From an uncultured Gemmatimonadales bacterium (lineage in GTDB: Bacteria > Gemmatimonadota > Gemmatimonadetes > Gemmatimonadales > GWC2-71-9), in assembly GCA_963695555.1 (NCBI GenBank), contig CAVOGR010000001.1, positions 480,001 to 544,000 of the forward strand: a DNA stretch of 64,000 nt, written 5' to 3'. A program made the translations under genes and the position numbers. Below the pieces are notes generated by a model. The model did not search any database and had not been told where the DNA came from. It saw only the letters and a program-made list of their open reading frames with translations. Positions 8,213 through 18,760 of this stretch are shown here, one piece after another (position 1 is the stretch's first letter; each line of letters opens with the position of its first letter).

Positions 8213-11200
8213 ATGCACATGACGACGGTCCGAAGCCAGCCAGTCCCGCTCACACTCGACGACGCCCGGGCGATTGCCCGCGAACACTACGGTGTGAACG
8301 CTCCGCCACGACAGCTTCCAAGCGAACGCGACCAGAATTTTCTGTTTTGCGCGCCGGCGGGTCCGTGGTACGTGCTCAAGATTGCCGGGCCGAATGACAG
8401 CACAGAGATCCTGACCGCACAGAACACGGTGCTGGAGCATGTGGCCCGGGTTGCTCCGGAGATCGGGGCACCACAACCGCTTCGTACCACGGCCGGCGAC
8501 GGCATTGCCGCCGTCCGTGCCGCGGACGGGACCACCCGCCTCGCCCGTCTCCTGTCGTACGTGCCTGGTCTGCTCTTGGCGGATGTGGCACCGCACACGC
8601 CCGAACTTCTGTCGAGCCTGGGCGCGTTCTTCGGGCGGCTCGACCACGGGCTCTCGGCGCTTGCCCTTCCGGCATTACAGCGAGAATTGCATTGGGATCT
8701 CCAACGCGCCGGCTCGGTCATCGATCGTCACGCAGCGCTCATCAGGGATCCCGCGAGGCTCGCCCTGGTGCGGCACTTCCGTCAGCGTTTCGAGACGATC
8801 GTCGCCCCAGTGCTCCCCACGCTCCGCCAAAGTCTCATCCATAACGACGGGAACGACTACAACATCCTGGTCACTCGCTCCGCTTCCGGAGAGACCGTGA
8901 CCGGGATCATCGATTTCGGCGACATGGTCGAGACCGCAACGGTCATCGAGCCCGCGGTCGCTGCGGCATACGCCATCTTGGGGAAGGCCGATCCGTTGGC
9001 CGCTGCGGCCCATGTGGTGGCGGGGTATCACGGGAGCCATCCCCTCACGGAGCAAGAGATCGGGTTGCTGTATGACCTGATTGCGCTTCGGCTCGCGGTG
9101 AGTGTCTGCCTCGCAGCGCATCAACGACGGCAGGATCCCGACAACGCCTATCTCTCCATTTCGGAGGCACCGGCCTGGGACGCCCTGGGACGCTGGCGGG
9201 ACATTTGCCCTCGACTGGCAACGTATGCCTTCCGCCAGGCGACCGGAATGCACCCGTGCCCGGCGACCCTGGAGATAGTCCAGTGGCTCGACGCCAACCC
9301 CGATCGGATCGGACCAGTCATCGAGCCCGGCCTGGACTCCGGCAGTGTGCTCGTCTTCGATCTTTCCCCCGGCAGCTACCAGTTTATCGACGTGGCCGAC
9401 CCGTTCGACCAGGCCAGCCTCGCTCGGGCGGTCACCGAGCAGATCCGGACAGCAGGGGCCCGGGTCGGAGTGGGGCGCTACAACGAGGCGCGGCGGCTCT
9501 ACCGGGCACCGCAGTTCTGCCCGCCCAATAGCGAGGTGGACGAGTGGCGCACCGTGCATCTGGGCGTGGACCTCTTCCTCGAACCCGGCTCGCCGGTACT
9601 TGCTCCGCTCGACGGCACCGTGCATAGCGTGGCTAACAATCGGGTGCCGCTCGATTACGGCCCGACCGTCATTCTTCGGCACCAACCGGATGATGCTCCG
9701 GAGTTCTTTACGCTGTTCGGGCATCTGAGCGAAGAGTCCCTCACCGCGCTCGGGCCGGGGACGCGCATCGCCAAAGGCGAGCGGGTTGGCGTGATCGGAG
9801 ACATTACGGTCAACGGAGGGTGGCCGCCACACCTCCACTTCCAGATCATCACCGACCTGCTCGACCAATCCGGCAACTTCCCGGGTGTCGCCGCGGCCAA
9901 GGACCAGGCACTTTGGCTTGCACTTTGTCCCGATCCCAATCACGTGCTCCGCATCGACGGGCTCCCCGCGCCGGATACCGGACGGAGCCCCGCCGAGATT
10001 GTAGACGTGCGGCGCCGGCACCTGGGTCCGACGCTCAGCGTGAGTTACCGGCGGCCGCTCAAGATCGTGTCGGGGCGCATGCAGTGCCTGTACGATCATC
10101 TGGGCCGGGAGTTCCTCGATGCCGTGAACAACGTGGCCCATGTCGGCCATTGTCATCCGGCGGTCGTCGAGGCCGCGCAGCGGCAAACGGCACTGCTCAA
10201 TACCAACACCCGCTATCTCCACGACACGATCATCGACTACACGGAGCGCCTTCTCTCGACGTTGCCCGAGCCGCTCCGGGTCTGCTACCTCGTCTGTTCC
10301 GGCAGCGAGGCGAACGAGCTGGCGATCCGGCTGGCGCGGGCTCACACCCAAGCGACGGACGTCGTCGTGATCGACGGCGGCTACCACGGCAACACCACGG
10401 GCCTCATCGAGCTGAGTCCCTACAAGTTCAACGGCCTGGGCGGGGCAGGCGCACCGTCGCACGTCCACGTCGTACCGACGCCCGACTGTTACCGGGGACT
10501 GTACACCGACCCTCGAGAAGCTGGCCGGCGGTATGCCGCTCATGTCGCCGAGACCACGCTCCAGACCAGAAAGCGAGGCCGGCATGTGGCGGCCTTCCTC
10601 GCGGAGTCCTTTCCGAGCTGCGCAGGACAGATCGTGCTGGCACCAGGGTTCCTGGCCGAGAGTTACCGGTTGATCCGGGAGGCCGGGGGCGTGTGCATTG
10701 CCGACGAGGTGCAGGTGGGCTTCGGACGGGTGGGCTCGGACTTCTGGGGCTTCCAGACGCACGAAGTGGTCCCCGACATCGTCACGATGGGAAAGCCGAT
10801 CGGGAACGGCCATCCACTCGGCGCGGTCGTGACCACGCCCGAGATTGCGGCGTCGTTCGACAACGGCATGGAGTATTTCAACACGTTTGGCGGCAACCCG
10901 GTCTCCTGTGCGGTGGGATTGGCGGTGCTGGACGTGATCGAGGGGGAGGGGTTGCAGCAGCACGCCCGGGACGTGGGCGACATGCTGAAGGGCGAACTCC
11001 GTCGATTGGCAGGCGCGCACGAGATCATCGGTGATGTCCGCGGAGCCGGGCTCTTTCTCGGCGTCGAGTTGGTGCGCGATCGCGCGACCCGCGAACCCGC
11101 CGGTCGGGAGGCGTCCTACATCGCCAACCGCATGCGCGATCGCGGCGTGTTGCTCAGCACGGACGGACCGCACGGCAATGTGCTCAAGATCAAGCCGCCG

Positions 11201-11299
11201 ATGGTTTTCGACGTCGCCGACGTTTCGCGCCTGGTCGATGCGTTGGCGCGGGTCCTCGCTGAGCCCAAGTTGAAAACGCTTGCCGCGGGAGATGGATAG
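8213..11299 (+). CDS. Triple fusion: APH-type phosphotransferase (hydroxylysine/homoserine kinase II-like) + M23-like domain + class III PLP aminotransferase/phospho-lyase
   Basis: [24 protein letters not shown] (kinase); [17 protein letters not shown] (M23 fold); [37 protein letters not shown] (class III). Start 8213 or 8219. Confidence 0.9.
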   Translation: MHMTTVRSQPVPLTLDDARAIAREHYGVNAPPRQLPSERDQNFLFCAPAGPWYVLKIAGPNDSTEILTAQNTVLEHVARVAPEIGAPQPLRTTAGDGIAAVRAADGTTRLARLLSYVPGLLLADVAPHTPELLSSLGAFFGRLDHGLSALALPALQRELHWDLQRAGSVIDRHAALIRDPARLALVRHFRQRFETIVAPVLPTLRQSLIHNDGNDYNILVTRSASGETVTGIIDFGDMVETATVIEPAVAAAYAILGKADPLAAAAHVVAGYHGSHPLTEQEIGLLYDLIALRLAVSVCLAAHQRRQDPDNAYLSISEAPAWDALGRWRDICPRLATYAFRQATGMHPCPATLEIVQWLDANPDRIGPVIEPGLDSGSVLVFDLSPGSYQFIDVADPFDQASLARAVTEQIRTAGARVGVGRYNEARRLYRAPQFCPPNSEVDEWRTVHLGVDLFLEPGSPVLAPLDGTVHSVANNRVPLDYGPTVILRHQPDDAPEFFTLFGHLSEESLTALGPGTRIAKGERVGVIGDITVNGGWPPHLHFQIITDLLDQSGNFPGVAAAKDQALWLALCPDPNHVLRIDGLPAPDTGRSPAEIVDVRRRHLGPTLSVSYRRPLKIVSGRMQCLYDHLGREFLDAVNNVAHVGHCHPAVVEAAQRQTALLNTNTRYLHDTIIDYTERLLSTLPEPLRVCYLVCSGSEANELAIRLARAHTQATDVVVIDGGYHGNTTGLIELSPYKFNGLGGAGAPSHVHVVPTPDCYRGLYTDPREAGRRYAAHVAETTLQTRKRGRHVAAFLAESFPSCAGQIVLAPGFLAESYRLIREAGGVCIADEVQVGFGRVGSDFWGFQTHEVVPDIVTMGKPIGNGHPLGAVVTTPEIAASFDNGMEYFNTFGGNPVSCAVGLAVLDVIEGEGLQQHARDVGDMLKGELRRLAGAHEIIGDVRGAGLFLGVELVRDRATREPAGREASYIANRMRDRGVLLSTDGPHGNVLKIKPPMVFDVADVSRLVDALARVLAEPKLKTLAAGDG

Positions 11300-11314
11300 C
11301 CCCACCGAAGGAGG

Positions 11315-12757
11315 ATGGCGATGCTGAGACCATTGGTGATTGCCGCCTTGATGGTCACTGGCGGAAGGCCCGCGCCGCCAGCCGCACCTCGACCGGATCT
11401 GGCTGGTATCCGCCTCACCCACCTGGGTCTGGCGTTATCAGTGGACTATGAGGACGCACGGCTCGCGGGGACCGCAACGCTCGCGGTGGAGAACACGTCG
11501 GAGGAGCCAGTCTCGCTGATTCCGCTCTTGCTCTACCGGCTGATGACGGTCTCGGAAGTGACCGACGAGGCCGGGGGCGCACTGGCCTTCACCCAAGACA
11601 TCGTCACGATGGCGGACTGGCCACAGTATCAAGCCAATCACATCACGGTCGTTCTCGATGCCCCGCTCGCACCCGGGCAACGCACCAGCGTGCGGGTAGG
11701 CTACGGCGGGTACTTGGCCGGACTCACCGAGACTGGAATGCGGTATGTGAAGGACCGAATCGAGCGGGAGTTCACCATCATCCGTGAGGATGCCCTGGCA
11801 TTTCCGGTGCTCGGCGTCCCGTCATGGGAGCAGAATCGCGCCGTTGCACGAACCCCGTTCAGCTTCCGGGCTCGGATCACGGTGCCCGAGGGCCTGACCG
11901 TTGCGGCGGGCGGCCGCTTGATCCAGCGCACCCTCGCGAACGGCCGAACCACGTTTGACTACCGGAACATCGAGCCGGTTGAATTCCTCAACATCGCGAT
12001 CGCGCCGTACCAGGTACTCGAAGGTCAGAACGCCACGGTGTTCTTCTTCCCGGCCGACTCGGTGGGGGCCAAGCGCATGCTGGGCCGGCTGGAAGCGGCG
12101 TGGGCACTGCTCGGACGGTGGTTCGGAACGATTGAGTCGCATGCGGGTATCACCGTGATCGAGATCCCCGAAGGATTCGGCTCGCAAGCCAGCCTGGCCG
12201 CCGGAATCATCCAGACGCGAGAGGCCTTCAACGACAGCACCCAGTATCGCCAACTCTATCATGAGCTTTCCCACCTGTGGAACGCGCCCGATCTGGACGT
12301 ACCGTCGCCCCGGTGGAACGAGGGGCTTGCGTCCTTCCTCGAACGCAGGATGGCGGCGGAATTGGATGGGTGGCCCGACATGGACGTGTTTATGGACGAC
12401 GCGGCCCGGACGATCGTCACCCGCTTCGACGGAAACCCGACCTATCAAGCGACGCCTTTGATCGATTACGGCAAGGCGTCGCTCACGGACCTGTCCTATC
12501 GTGTGGGGATGCTCGCGTTTTACGCGCTGAACCGGTTGATCGGCCCCGAGGCCTTCAACAATGCCATCGGAACCTACCTGCGCTTGTACCGAGACTCCGG
12601 GGGGACAACGGCAAACTTGGTCACGGCGTTTCAGCAGGCCGTGCCCACCAGCGACATTACCGGCTTTTTCGAGGACTGGTTCTACTCGATGAACTGGTAC
12701 CAGCGCCTACGGGAAAGCGCGTCGTTGGGTGAGTTGATCGAGGGAAGTCGGAGGTGA
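11315..12757 (+). CDS. M1-like (gluzincin) aminopeptidase, secreted
   Basis: GGAGG RBS, signal peptide, YHELSHLW...WNEGLASF zinc motif, C-terminal FFEDWFY. Confidence 0.8.
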   Translation: MAMLRPLVIAALMVTGGRPAPPAAPRPDLAGIRLTHLGLALSVDYEDARLAGTATLAVENTSEEPVSLIPLLLYRLMTVSEVTDEAGGALAFTQDIVTMADWPQYQANHITVVLDAPLAPGQRTSVRVGYGGYLAGLTETGMRYVKDRIEREFTIIREDALAFPVLGVPSWEQNRAVARTPFSFRARITVPEGLTVAAGGRLIQRTLANGRTTFDYRNIEPVEFLNIAIAPYQVLEGQNATVFFFPADSVGAKRMLGRLEAAWALLGRWFGTIESHAGITVIEIPEGFGSQASLAAGIIQTREAFNDSTQYRQLYHELSHLWNAPDLDVPSPRWNEGLASFLERRMAAELDGWPDMDVFMDDAARTIVTRFDGNPTYQATPLIDYGKASLTDLSYRVGMLAFYALNRLIGPEAFNNAIGTYLRLYRDSGGTTANLVTAFQQAVPTSDITGFFEDWFYSMNWYQRLRESASLGELIEGSRR

Positions 12758-12760
12758 GCC

Positions 12761-13672
12761 TCACGCCTTCCTGGCCGTGGCCCTCTTGCCCCGAGCGTGG
12801 GCTGACCGCATCGCAGGTGGGTACACCGCATGGGCCCAGGAGTCCTTCTCGCCTCGTTTGACTTCATACATGAGGTCATCGGCCGCCTTGATGACCGACT
12901 GGACGCTTGGGGCCGGTGATTCGAAGGTGACCCCGCCAATACTGAAAGTGACGGGCCATCCGTTCTGCTCCATGGCTTCGAGCAGGCGGGTCCGTACCGT
13001 TTGAAGTACTTCGCGAGCCGATGCGGCATCGGTTTCCGGGAACAAGATCACGAATTCGTCCCCGCCCAAGCGCGCGACGGTATCGGTGGATCTGGTGTAT
13101 GTCCGGAGTGTTTGGGCGACCTGCTTGAGGGCCTCGTCGCCGACGAGATGTCCGTGGGCATCGTTCACCGCCTTGAAGTTGTCGAGGTCGATGGCGCACA
13201 CGGAAAACGGATGCTGGTAGCGGCCGGCACGCCGCAACTCGCGGTCGATCTGCGCGTAGATCGCTCTGCTGTTGGCCAGCCCGGTCAGCGGATCGGTGGT
13301 GGACAGCATCTCTTCACGGGCCAGGTGGCGTCTGATCAGTGCCAGCAGGGCACCGATCAGTACGAAGGCTCCGAGCGCCACGATGCTGTTCAGCAGGGGA
13401 ATAACCGCGTGCGAAGGGTCGTGACCGGAGAGACTGTCTGAGAGCACCCAGGTTCCCGCGGCCAGTATGGCCAGCACGATGGCGGGTCGGAGCCCAACGT
13501 ACCAGGCCGTGATCGCGATCGGCGCGAAATAGAGCGGATGGATGGAAATGATCTCCGGACCGGCCGCGTAATCCATCAGGCCGATGCCGGCGATGAGGGC
13601 CAGAGCCGCCGCAATCTTTGTGCGCCGCGGTGTGCGCGTTAGAAATTCGTCGAACCCTCTGAGGATTCTCAC
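12761..13672 (-). CDS. Membrane-bound diguanylate cyclase (GGDEF)
   Basis: N-terminal hydrophobic helices, TDPLTGLAN, DLDNFKAVNDAHGHLVGD, RLGGDEF. GTG start at 13672 chosen from a GAGG RBS. Confidence 0.9.
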   Translation of the reverse strand: MRILRGFDEFLTRTPRRTKIAAALALIAGIGLMDYAAGPEIISIHPLYFAPIAITAWYVGLRPAIVLAILAAGTWVLSDSLSGHDPSHAVIPLLNSIVALGAFVLIGALLALIRRHLAREEMLSTTDPLTGLANSRAIYAQIDRELRRAGRYQHPFSVCAIDLDNFKAVNDAHGHLVGDEALKQVAQTLRTYTRSTDTVARLGGDEFVILFPETDAASAREVLQTVRTRLLEAMEQNGWPVTFSIGGVTFESPAPSVQSVIKAADDLMYEVKRGEKDSWAHAVYPPAMRSAHARGKRATARKA

Positions 13673-13690
13673 CCGTGCCTCGCGGGGCAG

Positions 13691-13716
13691 GGGACCGAGC
13701 CGCGTCGCTCGGTCCC
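13691..13716 (-). terminator. GC-rich hairpin downstream of rocD
   Basis: GGGACCGAGC-cgcgtc-GCTCGGTCCC; no U-tract on the minus strand. Confidence 0.4.
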
Positions 13717-13749
13717 GTTTGCGGTTGCGCTGCGTATGGCGGAAACCGG

Positions 13750-14973
13750 CTAGGGTCGGGTCAGCACTTCCCGGAGGTGCTGGAGCGCCCATTCGAGGTC
13801 CGCCCGGTCCACCACGAGTGGCGGTGCCAAACGAATGACCTGTTCGTGGGTTTCCTTGGCTAGGATGCCGCGCTCCATGAGCGCTTCACAGAACGGTCGA
13901 GCCGGGCCCGACTCGCGCTTGATCACGATCCCGATCATGAGGCCCTTGCCGCGCACCTCGGCGACATGTGGCGAACCGATCTTCCGAATCTCTGCCATGA
14001 GCCAGCTGCCCAATTCCTGCGCGCGTTCGGGGAGCCGTTCATCGACGATGACGCGGAGGGCGGCCTGCGCGATCGCCGCACCCAGCGGATTCCCGCCGAA
14101 GGTCGAGCCGTGGTCCCCGGGCTTGAACATGTCCATCACCGCCCGATCGGCTAGCATGGCCGACACCGGATAGAAGCCGCCGCTCAAGGCCTTGCCCACC
14201 ACCATGACGTCGGGCCGCACGCCTTCCCAATCACAGCAGAACATCTTGCCCGTCCGTCCCAGCCCGGTCTGAATCTCATCGGCCACCACGAGCACGTTGT
14301 GCTCCCGGCATATGTCGGCCGCCGCCGCGAGGTACCCATCCGGAGGCACGATGACGCCGCCCTCACCCTGGAGCGGCTCGAACAGAAACGCGGCGGTATT
14401 CGGTGTGATGGCGGCGCGCAGCGCTTCGGCGTCGCCGTAGGCAATCACCGGAAATCCAGGTGTTGCGGGGCCGAAGTCGCCGCGCGAACCCGGATCGTCC
14501 GAAAACGAGATGATGGTGGTGGTGCGCCCGTGAAAGTTGTTGTGGCACACGATGATCTCGGCTTGTTCACGGGGGATGCCCTTCACGCGATAGCCCCAGC
14601 GCCGCACGGCCTTGATGGCCGTCTCGACCGCTTCCGCCCCCGTGTTCATGGGCAGCACCTTCTCATAGCCCGTGACCTCGCACAACAGTTTGAGGAACGG
14701 CCCCATCTGGTCGTTGTGGAACGCGCGGGAGGTCAAGGTGAGCCGGTCGAGTTGGTCACGGGCGGCCTGCAGAATGGCGGGATGGCGATGTCCCTGATTC
14801 ACGGCCGAGTAGGCCGCCAGGCAATCGAGGAACTTGTTGCCCTCCACGTCCCACACCCACGCGCCCTCCCCGCGGCCGATGACCACCGGCAGCGGGTGGT
14901 AGTTGTGGGCGCCGTAGTGGTCGACCTCGGCGATGAAGTCAGCGGTCGTCTTGGTGTCGGTAAGAGTCGTCAT
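13750..14973 (-). CDS. rocD: Ornithine--oxo-acid transaminase
   Basis: YGAHNYHPLPVV, AYSAVNQGHRHP, LTLTSRAFHND, LPMNTGAEAVETA, EPLQGEGG, GKALSGG, ILAKETHE. Confidence 0.95.
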   Translation of the reverse strand: MTTLTDTKTTADFIAEVDHYGAHNYHPLPVVIGRGEGAWVWDVEGNKFLDCLAAYSAVNQGHRHPAILQAARDQLDRLTLTSRAFHNDQMGPFLKLLCEVTGYEKVLPMNTGAEAVETAIKAVRRWGYRVKGIPREQAEIIVCHNNFHGRTTTIISFSDDPGSRGDFGPATPGFPVIAYGDAEALRAAITPNTAAFLFEPLQGEGGVIVPPDGYLAAAADICREHNVLVVADEIQTGLGRTGKMFCCDWEGVRPDVMVVGKALSGGFYPVSAMLADRAVMDMFKPGDHGSTFGGNPLGAAIAQAALRVIVDERLPERAQELGSWLMAEIRKIGSPHVAEVRGKGLMIGIVIKRESGPARPFCEALMERGILAKETHEQVIRLAPPLVVDRADLEWALQHLREVLTRP

Positions 14974-16400
14974 GATCGGCTCTGTTCTTTCTGATGAAGT
15001 GCCGTGGATGAGGCCGCACTCGCCCGGCCACGTGCGAGCACCGACCGGGCTTCCTCCACCTCCCGCCGAACCTCCGCGGGAGACGTGGAACCGAATGTCT
15101 GCTTGGATTCTATACTCCCTTGGGCGGTAAGCAATCGTCGGTCGATTCCGGCCGCGCCAAGCGCAGCCAACTCTTGATCGGTGGCCTCCGGCAGGCCTCG
15201 ACCGGATGTTTCCAGAGTCTGAATGAGCCGGCCGACGGCATGATGCGCCGTGCGGAACGGGACGCCGCGACGAACCAGCTCTTCGGCCAGATCGAGCGCA
15301 GTCGAGAAGTCCGGTCCGTCCATGCGTGGCGGTTTGAATTCGATGGAGGCGATCGCGCCGGCCATGACTCGGGCTGAATCCCGAGTCGTGTCCGCGGCAC
15401 GGAACAGTGGCGCCTTGTCTTCCTGGAGATCCCGGTTGTAGGCCAGCGGCAGCCCCTTGAGGAGACCGTGGAGGGTGATGAGATCACCGGCCACCGTGGC
15501 CGCCTTGCCTCTGACCAACTCGGCCACGTCCGGGTTCCGCTTGTGGGGCAGGGCGGACGAGCCCGTGCTCCACGCATCGGCCAGCCGGGCCCGGCCGAAT
15601 TCCTCTGAGGACCACAAGACCACCTCCTCGGCCAGACGCGACAGGTGGGTCATGATGAGGGCGCACACCGAGACGAATTCGATGGCCCAGTCGCGGTCCG
15701 CTACGGCATCGATCGAGTTGCCGGACACCGCTGCGAACCCGAGCCGTTCAGCCGTGGCGTGCCGATCGAGCGGGAACGACGATCCGGCACAGGCTCCCGC
15801 GCCGAGCGGGCAGCGGTCGGCCCGGAGGCCCGTGTCTCGGAGTCTTCCGAGATCGCGCTCCAACGCCTCGAAATGCGCGTGGAGGTGATGGGCCAGCAAC
15901 ACCGGCTGAGCCCGCTGGAGATGGGTATAGGCCGGAACGATGGCCGCGTGGTATTCCTCGGCCTTGGTCATCAGGGCGTCTTGGACGTCGCGGACCGCCC
16001 GCTCGATTTCGAACGAGGCATCCTTGAGCCAGAGCAGCACGTCGGTCACGACCTGATCGTTTCGGCTTCGCCCCGCGTGCACCTTGTATCCCGTCTCTCC
16101 AACCAACGCGACCAGCCGGGCCTCCACCGCGCTGTGAACGTCCTCGGGTAGCGGTGTCGCGTCAGCCGCGGGTGGGAAGGTTCCGGCCCGGACTTCCGCG
16201 GCGATCTGCGCGAGGCCGGTGAGGATGGTGTCGTACTCAGCGGAGCTCAACACGCCGGCGTCCTGCAGTGCGGCAGCGTGGGCCTTCGTCCCCGTGAGAT
16301 CGTACAAGACGAGGCGGCGGTCGACGCCGAGCGATGATGAGAATCGACGCAGCGTGTCGTTCAGTTCTTCTTGGAAGCGGCCGCCCCAAAGATCGCTCAC
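14970..16400 (-). CDS. argH: Argininosuccinate lyase
   Basis: LWGGRF, HAGRSRNDQV, YTHLQRAQP, STGSSALPHKRNPD, LPLAYNRDLQEDK. Confidence 0.96.
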   Translation of the reverse strand: MSDLWGGRFQEELNDTLRRFSSSLGVDRRLVLYDLTGTKAHAAALQDAGVLSSAEYDTILTGLAQIAAEVRAGTFPPAADATPLPEDVHSAVEARLVALVGETGYKVHAGRSRNDQVVTDVLLWLKDASFEIERAVRDVQDALMTKAEEYHAAIVPAYTHLQRAQPVLLAHHLHAHFEALERDLGRLRDTGLRADRCPLGAGACAGSSFPLDRHATAERLGFAAVSGNSIDAVADRDWAIEFVSVCALIMTHLSRLAEEVVLWSSEEFGRARLADAWSTGSSALPHKRNPDVAELVRGKAATVAGDLITLHGLLKGLPLAYNRDLQEDKAPLFRAADTTRDSARVMAGAIASIEFKPPRMDGPDFSTALDLAEELVRRGVPFRTAHHAVGRLIQTLETSGRGLPEATDQELAALGAAGIDRRLLTAQGSIESKQTFGSTSPAEVRREVEEARSVLARGRASAASSTALHQKEQSRS

Positions 16401-17632
16401 GCGAGTGCCACCTTGCGGCGCTTCGGGACCGGAGCCGTGAGGCTCTGCCGCTTTGTGCTGGCCACTCGGCTCGGCAGGCCGAAGATCTCGATGAACCCGC
16501 GGGCGGACTCATGGTTGAAGGCGTCACCGGCGGCGTAGGTTGCGAGTGCCGGATCGTACAGGGCGTTGGCCGAGCGCCGCGCAACGGGCGTCACGTGGCC
16601 GCGATGGAGTGTGACCTTCACCTCCCCGGTGACCGGCTGCACGGCCTGGTCCACGAAGGCGGCAATCGATTCCCGAAGGGGCGAATACCAGAGGCCATCG
16701 TACGTGAGACGAGCCAATTCCTGCCCCAGGGCTGCTTTGGCGCGCCGTGTCTCGCGGTCGAGGGTCAACTGCTCGAGCGCCTGCCGCGCGGCGTGCAGGG
16801 TCACGGCGGCCGGGGCCTCGTACACTTCGCGGGACTTGATACCGACCACCCGGTCTTCGATCATATCGATGCGTCCGACTCCATGTGCGGCCGCGCGCTC
16901 GTTCAACTCGTTGAGGAGCTGCACGCCCCCGAGTGCCCGTCCATCGAGCGCTGATGGTACGCCGTGCTCGAACGCGATGGTCACCGGTTCCGGCGTGGCC
17001 GGGGCACGCTCGGGATCGACCGTCATCTGCCAGCAGTCGTGTGGCGGTTCCGCCCATGGGTCTTCCAGCTTGCCCGCCTCGATCGAGACGCCCCAGAGGT
17101 TCTCATCGATGGAGTAGGGCGACTTCTTGGTCGCCGTGACGGGAATGTGGTGCGCCTTGGCCCAGGCGATTTCTTCCTCCCGGCTCTTGAGCTCCCAGCT
17201 CCGGACGGGTGCCAGGCACTGCAGATCGGGCGCCAGCGCCGCGACCCCGACTTCGAAGCGCACCTGGTCGTTCCCCTTGCCGGTGCACCCGTGAACGATG
17301 GTATCGGCCCCGACCTCGCGGGCCACTTCCACTAGTCGCTTGACAATGAGGGGACGGCCGATGGCCGAGCCCAGCGGGTAGACTTCCTGGTAGAGCGCTC
17401 CCGCCTTGAGAACCGGCCACAGATAGTCGCGAACGAATTCCTCGCGAAGGTCTTCCACGTAGGCGGCACTGGCGCCGCAGAGGAGGGCCTTCTCCCGAAC
17501 CCCGACCAACTCGCGTTTCTGCCCGAGGTCGGCGCTAACCGTGACCACCTCGGCGTCGTAATGGACCTGGAGCCACTTGAGAATGACGGAGGTGTCGAGC
17601 CCACCGGAGTAGGCGAGAACGAACTTGGGCAT
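16397..17632 (-). CDS. argG: Argininosuccinate synthase
   Basis: VLAYSGGLDTS, HGCTGKGNDQVRFE, YSIDENLWG, GIKSREVYEAP. Start at MPKFVLAY. Confidence 0.97.
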   Translation of the reverse strand: MPKFVLAYSGGLDTSVILKWLQVHYDAEVVTVSADLGQKRELVGVREKALLCGASAAYVEDLREEFVRDYLWPVLKAGALYQEVYPLGSAIGRPLIVKRLVEVAREVGADTIVHGCTGKGNDQVRFEVGVAALAPDLQCLAPVRSWELKSREEEIAWAKAHHIPVTATKKSPYSIDENLWGVSIEAGKLEDPWAEPPHDCWQMTVDPERAPATPEPVTIAFEHGVPSALDGRALGGVQLLNELNERAAAHGVGRIDMIEDRVVGIKSREVYEAPAAVTLHAARQALEQLTLDRETRRAKAALGQELARLTYDGLWYSPLRESIAAFVDQAVQPVTGEVKVTLHRGHVTPVARRSANALYDPALATYAAGDAFNHESARGFIEIFGLPSRVASTKRQSLTAPVPKRRKVALA

Positions 17633-17675
17633 GAGCGTGTCTCGGTGTGGTCTAGAGTTGGTGGAGTGGAGTGGA

Positions 17676-18155
17676 CTAGTCGACACTGAGCAGCGATGCC
17701 AGACGCTGCCTCAGCTTTGCAGTTTGCTTGACGCGCCGGGGGTGGACGATCACCGTATCGTCTCCGGCCAGCGTGGCGAGAATCTCGGGCATGGCGAGGG
17801 AATCGAGGTACACGGCCACGCCCTGGGCCCGGCCCGACAACGTGTGCACGGCGACCGCCACTTCGTTCGCGTCGATACCGGTGACTTCACTCGCGGCGAG
17901 GCGGCGGAGTTGTTCCGGTGGCGTGGCCGTGTGCGGTCCACCATTCCCGCCGGCCGGCAAGTAGCGGTAGCTGTCGCCGGTGGAGACCCGGGTGACGCGA
18001 AGTTCCTTGAGATCCCGCGACAGCGTCGATTGGGTGACTCGAATGCCCCCCGCCGCGAGCTTCGCGGCGAGATCATCCTGGCTCGCAATCGGCGTCGCCC
18101 CCAGGATTTGGAGGATGGTACGGTGGCGGCGAGTCTTGTCGGTCGTATCGGTCAT
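17676..18155 (-). CDS. argR: Arginine repressor
   Basis: SQDDL, VTQSTLSRDLKEL winged helix; TLAGDDT arginine-binding motif. Confidence 0.95.
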   Translation of the reverse strand: MTDTTDKTRRHRTILQILGATPIASQDDLAAKLAAGGIRVTQSTLSRDLKELRVTRVSTGDSYRYLPAGGNGGPHTATPPEQLRRLAASEVTGIDANEVAVAVHTLSGRAQGVAVYLDSLAMPEILATLAGDDTVIVHPRRVKQTAKLRQRLASLLSVD

Positions 18156-18201
18156 GGCCCGCGGGTCGATGGTCGTGTCCTGGCGGGCCCGAGCGCCCGA
18201 T

Positions 18202-18239
18202 AGTGCATTTATATACAGTTATCGGAATATCTATGCAAG
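18202..18239 (-). promoter_or_regulatory. Tandem ARG boxes overlapping a sigma70-type promoter of the arg operon
   Basis: AGTGCATTTATATACAGT-ta-TCGGAATATCTATGCAAG; on the minus strand TTGCAT-N17-TATATA. Confidence 0.85.
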
Positions 18240-18345
18240 GGGCCGGCTGCCACCGCTCCGGGGGTGATTCTCCGCTCCGGCGGCGGTAGCTTGAAACGAA
18301 GCCTTGATCGGTGGTGTCCCAGAGTCCCGCAACGAGGAGATTCTG

Positions 18346-18564
18346 ATGCCTGAGCAGATCACGAGAAAAGCGCGGGTCGGACGGGCTGCTGCAACCCTTG
18401 GCATCCTCCTGCTCATCGCGAAGCTCGTCATCTCAGTGTTCGGCCTACCGAGCTCCGGCTCCCGCACACTCATCTTTGCCGGGGTCGTGTTCCTCTTCGT
18501 CGGGCTTGCCCTGATCCAGCACGACAAGCGGTCAGGTCCGAACGACGGGATTCCGCACTCATGA
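18346..18564 (+). CDS. Small hypothetical membrane protein (72 aa, two TM helices)
   Basis: GAGGAG RBS before ATG 18346; two hydrophobic segments. Confidence 0.65.
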   Translation: MPEQITRKARVGRAAATLGILLLIAKLVISVFGLPSSGSRTLIFAGVVFLFVGLALIQHDKRSGPNDGIPHS

Positions 18565-18760
18565 CCTCCGGGCAGCGACCAGGCAACATGAGGTAAGGCA
18601 GCAGTCGGGGCTTCCCTGCCATGGTCTAGCCCTCGCCTCCTTCTCGCTTCATTCTTGCTTCATCCTATCGCGCGAACTTTGGGGACTATTGCTCTCTCAA
18701 TTGGCTCGTCCCCGTGAGTTTGCGGCCTCGCGCCTCCCTACGTTTGTTCGGAGCATCGCC

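Noticed and set aside
8675..11422. 915-aa minus-strand ORF
   Set aside because: Antisense shadow of the kinase-aminotransferase fusion, with no motifs; expected from high-GC codon bias.
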